Of a DNA stretch of 32,000 nucleotides, positions 17,085 through 24,055 are shown one piece after another. The notes under the pieces were generated by a model, which did not search any database, was not told where the DNA came from, and was given only the letters and a program-made list of their open reading frames with translations. The stretch lies in the NCBI GenBank assembly GCA_934691225.1, contig CAKUSQ010000001.1, forward strand, positions 570,001 to 602,000, written 5' to 3'. Source of the DNA: an uncultured Opitutales bacterium. GTDB lineage: Bacteria; Verrucomicrobiota; Verrucomicrobiia; Opitutales; UBA9783. The position numbers and the translations under genes were made by a program. Within the stretch, counting starts at the first letter, position 1, and every line of letters begins with the position of its first letter.

Positions 17085-18296
17085 TTATGAATTTTCCAAC
17101 TGCTTACAGGCTTTTCGGGTGATACGTCCCCAGGCTTTTTTAATAAAGATAACAAGAAAGTTGTTAGCAGTTACATTACCTGTTGTTGTGATCGGGTCAA
17201 TGAGCATATAAAATGCAGCAATAAGTGCTAACATTTCTTCTGTAAACCCTAAATAGTGCTGAAGAATGGGGAGAGATACCATAATCGTTCCACCTGGGAT
17301 ACCAGCACCTGCAAATTTATTAAGTACAAAGCAGATACCGAAAATTAGGTAAGTAGATAATGTTGGCATAGGGCAAGAAAAACTGTTTAGTATAATAATC
17401 GCTAGAATAGGAATGCAGATAGTATCCCCGACCATGTGAAAATTGATACTAATGGGCATGACAGCGTTTACCAATACAGGATCTTTGGTGTTTTTAGTAG
17501 CTGCTTCAATTGAGAATGGTAGGGCAGCCGCACTAGACATTGTAGTTGCACCTGTAACCATTGCAGGGAAAATGTTTTTGAGCAGCGTTATCGCAGGTAA
17601 TTTCGAGCATCGATGGGCTGCATACCACCAAATGGATAAATAAAAAATTAGAAATCCAATCATAATAGCGCAAGATGAGCCATTACTATGGATAAAATTA
17701 AACATTTGCCCTTCTACCAATAATTTTAATACAAAACCCATTAAAAATAGAGGTAAAGTTGGGATGAATATTTGCATCATGAATCCCATGGTGAATCGAT
17801 GAATATGCTGCACGAATTTCATGAATTTAGGGAGTCCAAAGAATGTGCTTAAAATGCCGCTAGAGACGCCACCTATCAATGCCCATGCATTAGGTAAAAC
17901 TTGTGGAAGATTGCAGTAAAAGTAAGGTTGTATTACGATGGGTTCTGTGTTTAAAGGAGTTTGTTGGGTCAGGTGTGTAAAATAAGGAATAACATAGCAT
18001 CCTACAAAACCTGAGAACATAAGATTTAAAAAGTTTGAAGTTATGATAATCCCCATAATGGTAACAATAAACCACAAGCCATTATCTTTGAGTGAAGCAA
18101 AAGCCATGGCAGTTCCACTAAAAATAAGAAAAGGAATGAAAAACAAAAGTAGACTTTTTAAGCAAATACTTATGGTGAGTGCACCACGAATGAACGAAAT
18201 TGGCAAAAGATGATAACAAAGAAAACAAAAAGCCAATGTTATTACGATTCGAACAATAGGCTCATTCAACCATTTTTTAGCTTTTTTATTTTTCAT
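17085..18296 (-). CDS. Dicarboxylate/amino acid:cation symporter (DAACS/SDF family) transporter
   Basis: 403 aa, polytopic. Family blocks SSAAALPFS (SSxxxLP), AGIPGGT and DPITTTGNVTAN. Confidence 0.8.
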   Translation of the reverse strand: MKNKKAKKWLNEPIVRIVITLAFCFLCYHLLPISFIRGALTISICLKSLLLFFIPFLIFSGTAMAFASLKDNGLWFIVTIMGIIITSNFLNLMFSGFVGCYVIPYFTHLTQQTPLNTEPIVIQPYFYCNLPQVLPNAWALIGGVSSGILSTFFGLPKFMKFVQHIHRFTMGFMMQIFIPTLPLFLMGFVLKLLVEGQMFNFIHSNGSSCAIMIGFLIFYLSIWWYAAHRCSKLPAITLLKNIFPAMVTGATTMSSAAALPFSIEAATKNTKDPVLVNAVMPISINFHMVGDTICIPILAIIILNSFSCPMPTLSTYLIFGICFVLNKFAGAGIPGGTIMVSLPILQHYLGFTEEMLALIAAFYMLIDPITTTGNVTANNFLVIFIKKAWGRITRKACKQLENS

Positions 18297-18430
18297 GCTG
18301 TAAATGACTACATATTAATTATGTAGGTTTGACAAGTTTTTAAGTTAGTAAGTTTGCTGAAAAGAACGTTCATTTAACCTTAATGTCGTTAAGATTTAAG
18401 CACGTAGAATTTTAATGTAAATCATCAATA

Positions 18431-18462
18431 AAACAAAAACGCTACATGTTTTTCATGTAGCG
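18431..18462 (-). terminator. Intrinsic terminator of LRR cassette A (array copy 1, loop-inverted variant)
   Basis: + strand CGCTACATG (18440-18448), TTTTT, CATGTAGCG (18454-18462). On the - strand the hairpin is followed by TTTTTGTTT (18439-18431). It lies 26 nt after the stop codon. Confidence 0.75.
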
Positions 18463-18487
18463 TTTAGTATTGAATAGGTTAATAGAG

Positions 18488-19999
18488 TTATTGTTGTTGA
18501 TGTATTTCTATTAGTATATCAGCTGGATTTAAGCCGGAATCAATTAAATTTTCTATTAACATCTCTCTTACATTTTCCACATTACCATTACCGGTATCAA
18601 TAATCGTGATGGTTTGTAGATTATAGCAACGACTAAAGCAATTTTCCCTTATATGCTTTATATTATCAGATATAGTGATCGTTGATAATTTAGAACAACC
18701 AGCAAAGCAAAACGCACCTAAAAAAGTTACAGAATTAGGAATAGTAATTTCTTCTAAACCTCTGCAATCATCAAAACAAGACACACCTAAATAAGTTACA
18801 GAATTAGGAATAGTGATTTTTTGGCAGCGACTATAACTAAAGCACCCATGTCCTAAAGAAGATACACCATTAGGAACGTTATAACAAAGAGGTTCAGCAT
18901 CAGGTGTTAATGTTTGGAATTTGTTAGTGTGGTTTATTCTATCTGTTCGGGTGAAAAAAATGTTTGAAAATTTATTTTGCGTTTCATCTTTGTGAGCTAA
19001 GTAAAAATCATAACTTACTGGATGTTTGTATTCGTGTTGTTTAATAGGAGATAGCTTCTTAACGAATGGTAAAAAAGGCTCTGTTTGTTGGGAATTTTGT
19101 TTGTATGTTGTTATTTCCATATTGTATGGGTTTAGGTCTGATAGAATTAAGTTTTCTATTAACATTTTTTCTACATTTTCCGCATTACCATTACCGGTAT
19201 CAATAATCGTGATGGTTTGTAGATTATTGCAATCTTTAAAGCAATGTTCTCCTAAATATTGTATATTATCAGGTATAGTGATCTTTTGTAAATTTTTACA
19301 CTTCACAAAGCAATATTTGCCTAAATAAGATGTATAAATGGGGATGTTAATTTCTATTAAATTATTGCAACCCATAAAACACCAACCACCTAAATGAGTT
19401 ACAGAAATGGGGATGTTAATTCTTCTTAAATTATTGCAATGCCTAAAGCACATATCGCCTAAAGAAGATACAGAATTAGGAATAGTAATTTCTTGTAAAT
19501 CATGGCAAAGCATAAAGCACTTATTGCCTAAAGAAGTTATTTGCTCAGGAATATTATATGTTTCAGAGTGATTTATTCGATTTTCTCTTGTGTAAACAAT
19601 ACCTGAAATATTATATTTTTCCAATTTTTCGAGTCGTCTCAATTCATCTTTGTGCTGTAAAAAGAAATCATAGTCTATTGGATATCCATATACATAGTTT
19701 TGGATGTTTCCATCGGTAAACACTTCATCTTCTGGAGAAAACAACACTTGGGTTTGGATATTAGGGAAAAGGTGACGATTTCTTTTTGTTAAAGGAATTG
19801 GGTTCCTCTTGAGTATATCGAGTGCTGTTTGGCCATTTTTGCTAACAAATGGCAAATTCCTAAGGTCCGCTTCATTATTTAAGTGTAATGCAACGTTCGC
19901 TAAGTATATAGGTTCTAGTTTCGAAGGATCAGATTGGAGGTTTGGTAAAGCAGAAGCTGCTATTAACAATCCTATATTTATTTTATTTTTTGTGTTCAT
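18488..19999 (-). CDS. BspA-type leucine-rich-repeat protein, paralog A (double module: 5 + 4 repeats)
   Basis: 503 aa. Shared N-module MNTKNKINIGLLIAASALPNLQSDPSKLEPIYL.... Two blocks of 22-23-aa repeats with consensus IPxSVTSLGxxCFxxCxxLxxIx. Two copies of the tail module ITIIDTGNGNxENV.EMLIENLI.S.LNP. Confidence 0.85.
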   Translation of the reverse strand: MNTKNKINIGLLIAASALPNLQSDPSKLEPIYLANVALHLNNEADLRNLPFVSKNGQTALDILKRNPIPLTKRNRHLFPNIQTQVLFSPEDEVFTDGNIQNYVYGYPIDYDFFLQHKDELRRLEKLEKYNISGIVYTRENRINHSETYNIPEQITSLGNKCFMLCHDLQEITIPNSVSSLGDMCFRHCNNLRRINIPISVTHLGGWCFMGCNNLIEINIPIYTSYLGKYCFVKCKNLQKITIPDNIQYLGEHCFKDCNNLQTITIIDTGNGNAENVEKMLIENLILSDLNPYNMEITTYKQNSQQTEPFLPFVKKLSPIKQHEYKHPVSYDFYLAHKDETQNKFSNIFFTRTDRINHTNKFQTLTPDAEPLCYNVPNGVSSLGHGCFSYSRCQKITIPNSVTYLGVSCFDDCRGLEEITIPNSVTFLGAFCFAGCSKLSTITISDNIKHIRENCFSRCYNLQTITIIDTGNGNVENVREMLIENLIDSGLNPADILIEIHQQQ

Positions 20000-20021
20000 T
20001 ATTTTTAAATTACAGTGATGA

Positions 20022-20050
20022 ATACAAATTAAATATTTTTATTTTGTCAA
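20022..20050 (-). promoter_or_regulatory. Conserved promoter block of cassette A
   Basis: On the - strand: perfect TTGACA (20050-20045), 17-nt spacer, TTGTAT (20027-20022), then a 22-nt A/T-rich leader without SD. The block is conserved upstream of cassettes A, B and D. The -10 assignment is weak. Confidence 0.45.
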
Positions 20051-20072
20051 GATTTAAATATTGGATTTATGT

Positions 20073-20104
20073 AAACAAAAACGCCACATGAAAAACATGT
20101 AGCG
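20073..20104 (-). terminator. Intrinsic terminator of LRR cassette B (array copy 2)
   Basis: + strand CGCCACATG (20082-20090), AAAAA, CATGTAGCG (20096-20104). The - strand transcript has a U-G wobble at stem position 4 and a trailing UUUUUGUUU. Confidence 0.75.
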
Positions 20105-20129
20105 TTTAATGTTGAATAGGTTGATAGGG

Positions 20130-21275
20130 TTATTGTTGTTGAGGTATTATTATTATCTGTATATCATTTGGGTTTAAGTCGGAAGCAATTAAGTTTTCTC
20201 TTAACATCTCTTCTACATTTTCCGCATTACCATTACCGGTATCAATAATCGTGATGAGGTGTAGATTGTCACAGTTCTCAAAGCATAATTCCCCTATATG
20301 TTTTATATTGTTAGATATAGTGATCATTTGTAAATTTATACACTGCGAAAAGCAACCATCACCTAGAAAAGTTACAGAATCAGGGATGTTAATTTCTCTT
20401 AAATCACGGCACTCCATAAAACACCATTCACCTAAATGAGTTACAGAATTAGGGATAATAATTTCTTGTAAGTTAAAGCAAAAAGCGAAGCAATGCCTAC
20501 CTAAAGAAGATACGACTTCAGGAATATTAATTGTCGTTAATCTCCAACAATCAGCGAAGCAGTAATCGCCTAAATAAGATACAGAATTAGGGATAGTAAT
20601 TTCTTGTAAATTATCGCAATGTAGAAAGCACCTATCGCCTAAAGAAGTTATTTGATTAGGAATATCATATTTAAAGTAATTGGTGCCTGCTATTGGTTGT
20701 TGAAAAGCTTCAGAGTGATTTATTTGATTTTCTCTTGTGAAAACAATACCTGAAATATTATATTTTTCCTCACTTTGGAGTCGTCTCAATTGCTCTTTAT
20801 GTTGTAAAAAGAAATCATAATCTATTGGATATCCATATACACGTACTACTTTTTTTTCGTTTATTTCTTTTTCTTCTTCTGCTTTTGTTTTTTCTCTTGG
20901 TGTTTCTTCGCCTGCTTGTTTAGCAGCTTCTTGTCTTCTACGAGTTTTTTCCCGTAGATCTTGTAGAATTTCTTCATCTAATCTATCAGCTGCTTCAATA
21001 CTTTCTTGATGAGAAAACAGCACGTGTGTTTCGAGATTAGGGAAAAGGTGACGATTGCGCTCTGTTAAGGGAATTGGGTTCCTCTTGAGCATATCAAGTG
21101 CTGCTTGGCCATTTTTGCTAACAAATGGCAACTTCTTAAGATTCGCTTCATTATTGAAGTATAATGCAACGTTTGATAAGTAGATAGGTTCTAGTTTTGA
21201 AGGATCAGATTGGAGGTTTGGTAAAGCAGAAGCTGCTATTAACAATCCTATATTTATTTTATTTTTTGTGTTCAT
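20130..21275 (-). CDS. BspA-type leucine-rich-repeat protein, paralog B (6 repeats, E/K-rich linker)
   Basis: 381 aa. Its first 33 aa are identical to paralog A. Charged insert EAADRLDEEILQDLREKTRRRQEAAKQAGEETPREKTKAEEEKEINEKK. Six LRR units. Tail ITIIDTGNGNAENVEEMLRENLIASDLNPNDIQIIIIPQQQ. Confidence 0.85.
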   Translation of the reverse strand: MNTKNKINIGLLIAASALPNLQSDPSKLEPIYLSNVALYFNNEANLKKLPFVSKNGQAALDMLKRNPIPLTERNRHLFPNLETHVLFSHQESIEAADRLDEEILQDLREKTRRRQEAAKQAGEETPREKTKAEEEKEINEKKVVRVYGYPIDYDFFLQHKEQLRRLQSEEKYNISGIVFTRENQINHSEAFQQPIAGTNYFKYDIPNQITSLGDRCFLHCDNLQEITIPNSVSYLGDYCFADCWRLTTINIPEVVSSLGRHCFAFCFNLQEIIIPNSVTHLGEWCFMECRDLREINIPDSVTFLGDGCFSQCINLQMITISNNIKHIGELCFENCDNLHLITIIDTGNGNAENVEEMLRENLIASDLNPNDIQIIIIPQQQ

Positions 21276-21297
21276 TATTTTTAAATTACAGTGATGA

Positions 21298-21326
21298 ATG
21301 TAAGGTAAATATTTTTATTTTGTCAA
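21298..21326 (-). promoter_or_regulatory. Conserved promoter block of cassette B
   Basis: On the - strand: TTGACA (21326-21321), 17-nt spacer, TTACAT (21303-21298). Same block as upstream of cassettes A and D. Confidence 0.4.
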
Positions 21327-21348
21327 GATTTAAATATTGAATTTATAT

Positions 21349-21380
21349 AAACAAAAACGCTACATGAAAAACATGTAGCG
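21349..21380 (-). terminator. Intrinsic terminator of LRR cassette C (array copy 3)
   Basis: + strand CGCTACATG (21358-21366), AAAAA, CATGTAGCG (21372-21380). T-run on the - strand (21357-21349). Confidence 0.75.
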
Positions 21381-21405
21381 TTTAATATTGAATAGGTTAA
21401 TAGGG

Positions 21406-22761
21406 TTATTGTTGTTGAGGTATTATTGTTATCTGTATAGCATCTGGATCTAAGTCGGAATCAATTAAGATATCTATTAACATATCCTTTATATCCTCTA
21501 TATTTTTCTTACCGGTATCAATAATCGTAATGTTTCGTAATGCGCTACAACAATCAAAGCAACGATTGTCTAAAGAGGTTATTATAGAATCGGGGATAGT
21601 AATGTTTTGTAATCTAGAACAACCGTAAAAGCAACTACGGCCTAAAGAGGTAACAGAATTAGGGATAGTAATGTTTTGTAATGCTCTGCAACCAGCAAAG
21701 CAACCACAGCCTAAAGAAGTAACAGAATTAGGGATAGTAACGCTTTGTAATGAACTACAACCAGCAAAGCAACGATTGCCTAAAGAGGTTGCAAAGTTAG
21801 GGATCGTAATGCTTTGTAATGAATGACAATTAATAAAGCAACCATCCCCTAAAGAGGTTGCAGAATTATCATCGAAAGTAATGTTTTGTAATAAGTAGCA
21901 ATTAGCAAAGCAACGATTGCCAAAAAGGATTACAGAATTCTTAGGGAAAGTAATGTTTTGTAATGAACAACAATAAGCGAAGCAATCATCACCTAAAGAG
22001 ATTGCAGAATTATTATTGAAAGTAATGTCTTGTAATACAGTACAATTATCAAAGCAACTACGGCCTAAAGAGGTAACAGAATCAGGGATATTGATGTTTT
22101 GTAATGTATGACAATGCACAAAGCAATTAGGGCCTAAATGAGTTACTAAGGGAATGTTATATTTAAAAAAACGAGTATTTGGTATTGGTTGTTGAAACTC
22201 ATTAGAGTACGCTATTCGATCTTCTTGTGTGAAAATAATGCCAGAAGCAACATTATGTTTTGTCAGATTATGGTCCCGATAGAATTTATAATCTATTCGG
22301 TGTCCATACACATGTGCTGTAATGTTTTCTATGAATTGTTCTACTTCTTCTTTTAGGACGTTTGCTTCTTCTAAGGTTATTACACCTGCATTTTCATCAG
22401 CATCTATTTTTTTAAAAAATTCATTTCTTATATTCTCATTTATAGCCTTAGTATTTTTTATATCTTTAATATCATGACTTTCTTGATATGAAAACAACAC
22501 TCGTGTATTGATATTAGGGAAAAGCTTATAGTTGCTTTGTGTTAAAGGAATTGGGTTTTCCCTGAGCATTTTGAGTGCTGTTTGGCCATTTTTGCTAACA
22601 AATGGTAACTTCCTAAGGATCGTTTCATCATTGAGGTATAATGCAACGTTTGCTAAGTAGACAGGTTCTAGTTTTGATCCTGGATTGGCTTGAAGAGCTG
22701 AGCTTGGTAAAGCAGAAGCTGCTATTAACAATCCTAAGTTTAGTTTATTTTTCGTGTCCAT
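21406..22761 (-). CDS. BspA-type leucine-rich-repeat protein, paralog C (9 repeats)
   Basis: The track ORF extends to 22851, but that extension reads through the upstream cassette's terminator and this cassette's own promoter. Met31 (MDTKNKLNLGLLIAASALP, ATG at 22761-22759) aligns with the starts of the other paralogs. Nine 22-24-aa LRR units. Tail ITIIDTGKKNIEDIKDMLIDILIDSDLDPDAIQITIIPQQQ. Confidence 0.85.
   Translation of the reverse strand: MDTKNKLNLGLLIAASALPSSALQANPGSKLEPVYLANVALYLNDETILRKLPFVSKNGQTALKMLRENPIPLTQSNYKLFPNINTRVLFSYQESHDIKDIKNTKAINENIRNEFFKKIDADENAGVITLEEANVLKEEVEQFIENITAHVYGHRIDYKFYRDHNLTKHNVASGIIFTQEDRIAYSNEFQQPIPNTRFFKYNIPLVTHLGPNCFVHCHTLQNINIPDSVTSLGRSCFDNCTVLQDITFNNNSAISLGDDCFAYCCSLQNITFPKNSVILFGNRCFANCYLLQNITFDDNSATSLGDGCFINCHSLQSITIPNFATSLGNRCFAGCSSLQSVTIPNSVTSLGCGCFAGCRALQNITIPNSVTSLGRSCFYGCSRLQNITIPDSIITSLDNRCFDCCSALRNITIIDTGKKNIEDIKDMLIDILIDSDLDPDAIQITIIPQQQ
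22132..22475 (-). repeat. 344-bp tract in paralog C that is 100% identical to 23384-23727 in paralog D
   Basis: Base-by-base comparison by eye at an offset of 1252 nt found no mismatch. Identity falls to roughly 90% further 5' in the genes and is lost in the LRR region. Confidence 0.85.
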
Positions 22762-22771
22762 ACTTTTTAAA

Positions 22772-22800
22772 AGTATAGCAATGAATTTGCATCTTGTCAA
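22772..22800 (-). promoter_or_regulatory. Sigma-70-type promoter of cassette C
   Basis: On the - strand: TTGACA (22800-22795), exactly 17 nt, TATACT (22777-22772). Only 10 nt separate the -10 box from the ATG. Confidence 0.6.
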
Positions 22801-22825
22801 AGTTGAAAATGGATACGGTTTATAT

Positions 22826-22857
22826 AAACAAAAACGCCACATGAAAAACATGTAGCG
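22826..22857 (-). terminator. Intrinsic terminator of LRR cassette D (array copy 4)
   Basis: + strand CGCCACATG (22835-22843), AAAAA, CATGTAGCG (22849-22857). T-run on the - strand (22834-22826). Confidence 0.75.
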
Positions 22858-22888
22858 TTTAATATAGAATAGGTTAATAGGTGTTTTG

Positions 22889-24004
22889 TTAACGTATTGT
22901 TATTAGTATAGCATCTGGATTTAAGCCAGAATTAGTTAAGCTTTCTATTAACATATTTCTTGTAGCGTCCGTATCACCCTTACCAGTATCGATAATCGTA
23001 ATGCTTTGCAATTTATCGCAATGCCAAAAGCAATCATAACCAAAAGAAGTAACAGAATTAGGGATAGTGATATCTTGTAATGCGCTACACATCTTAAAGC
23101 AACCAATGCCTAAAGAGGTAACAGAATCAGGGATATTGATGTTTTGTAATTTAGAACAATACTCAAAGCAATAATCGCCAAAAGAGGTAACAGAATCAGG
23201 GATATTGATGCTTTGTAATGAACAACAATAAGCGAAGCAATCATCGCCAAAAGAGGTAACAGAATCAGGGATATTGATGTTTTGTAATTTAGAACAATTA
23301 TCAAAGCAATAATCGCCAAAAGAGGTAACAGAATCAGGGATATTGATGTTTTGTAATTTAGAACAATTCTCAAAGCAATAATCGCCTAAATGAGTTACTA
23401 AGGGAATGTTATATTTAAAAAAACGAGTATTTGGTATTGGTTGTTGAAACTCATTAGAGTACGCTATTCGATCTTCTTGTGTGAAAATAATGCCAGAAGC
23501 AACATTATGTTTTGTCAGATTATGGTCCCGATAGAATTTATAATCTATTCGGTGTCCATACACATGTGCTGTAATGTTTTCTATGAATTGTTCTACTTCT
23601 TCTTTTAGGACGTTTGCTTCTTCTAAGGTTATTACACCTGCATTTTCATCAGCATCTATTTTTTTAAAAAATTCATTTCTTATATTCTCATTTATAGCCT
23701 TAGTATTTTTTATATCTTTAATATCATAACTTTCTAGAAATGAAAACAACACCCGTGTATTGATATTAGGGAAAAGCTTATAGTTGCTTTGTGTTAAAGG
23801 AATTGGGTTCCTCTTGAGCATTTTGAGTGCTGTTTGGCCATTTTTGCTAACAAATAGCAAATTCCTAAGGACTGTTTCATCATTTAAGTATAATGCAACG
23901 TTCGTTAAGTAGATAGGTTCTAGTTTTGAAGGATCAGATTGGAGGTTCGGTAAAATAGAGGTTGTTATTAACAATCCTAAGTTTAGTTTATTTTTTATGT
24001 TCAT
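22889..24004 (-). CDS. BspA-type leucine-rich-repeat protein, paralog D (6 repeats, several near-identical)
   Basis: 371 aa. N-module MNIKNKLNLGLLITTSILPNLQSDPSKLEPIYL. The linker and pre-LRR region are identical to paralog C. Repeats of the form IPDSVTSFGDYCFxNCSKLQNIN. Shorter tail ITIIDTGKGDTDATRNMLIESLTNSGLNPDAILITIR. Confidence 0.85.
   Translation of the reverse strand: MNIKNKLNLGLLITTSILPNLQSDPSKLEPIYLTNVALYLNDETVLRNLLFVSKNGQTALKMLKRNPIPLTQSNYKLFPNINTRVLFSFLESYDIKDIKNTKAINENIRNEFFKKIDADENAGVITLEEANVLKEEVEQFIENITAHVYGHRIDYKFYRDHNLTKHNVASGIIFTQEDRIAYSNEFQQPIPNTRFFKYNIPLVTHLGDYCFENCSKLQNINIPDSVTSFGDYCFDNCSKLQNINIPDSVTSFGDDCFAYCCSLQSINIPDSVTSFGDYCFEYCSKLQNINIPDSVTSLGIGCFKMCSALQDITIPNSVTSFGYDCFWHCDKLQSITIIDTGKGDTDATRNMLIESLTNSGLNPDAILITIR
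23111..23386 (-). repeat. Four near-identical 69-bp (23-codon) in-frame tandem repeats inside paralog D
   Basis: The AAAGAGGTAACAGAATCAGGGATATTGATG... unit recurs with an exact 69-nt period; the marker G of GAGG sits at 23115, 23184, 23253 and 23322. Units differ at only a handful of positions. Confidence 0.9.
23384..23727 (-). repeat. Partner copy of the 344-bp identical tract (paralog D)
   Basis: See 22132-22475. Confidence 0.85.
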
Positions 24005-24026
24005 TATTTTTAAACTACAGTGATGA

Positions 24027-24055
24027 ATACAAATTAAATATTTTTATTTTGTCAA
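24027..24055 (-). promoter_or_regulatory. Conserved promoter block of cassette D; right boundary of the array
   Basis: On the - strand: TTGACA (24055-24050), 17-nt spacer, TTGTAT (24032-24027). Homology to the other cassettes ends within a few nt beyond the -35 box. Confidence 0.45.

Noticed and set aside
15936-18075. ORFs 15936-16121 (-), 16875-17057 (-), 17443-17643 (+) and 17890-18075 (-)
   Set aside because: They are antisense or alternative-frame ORFs within the csrA leader, the 16660 ORF or the DAACS transporter gene. No signals support them.
19026-20439. Plus-strand ORFs 19026-19328, 19809-20018 and 20251-20439
   Set aside because: They are antisense to LRR paralogs A and B and are products of the repeat structure.
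20850-20857. A8/T8 homopolymer inside paralog B as a phase-variation switch
   Set aside because: Eight bases is short for efficient slippage. Comparable A/T runs of 6-8 nt occur throughout this AT-rich window, including in housekeeping genes.
22762-22851. 30-codon N-terminal extension of the paralog C ORF (MFFMWRFCLYKPYPFSTLTRCKFIAILLKS)
   Set aside because: It reads straight through cassette D's terminator hairpin and cassette C's own TTGACA-17-TATACT promoter. The Met at 22761 aligns with the starts of the other three paralogs.
23110-23373. 87-aa minus-strand ORF with a repetitive LLPLLAIIAL sequence
   Set aside because: It is an alternative reading frame of the 69-bp LRR tandem repeats. 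Its periodicity is inherited from the repeats, and it is nested entirely inside paralog D.
21520-23386. Regularly spaced ~69-bp repeats that could superficially suggest a CRISPR array
   Set aside because: There are no unique spacers between repeats. The whole region is one continuous reading frame encoding 23-aa LRR units, and no cas genes are present.
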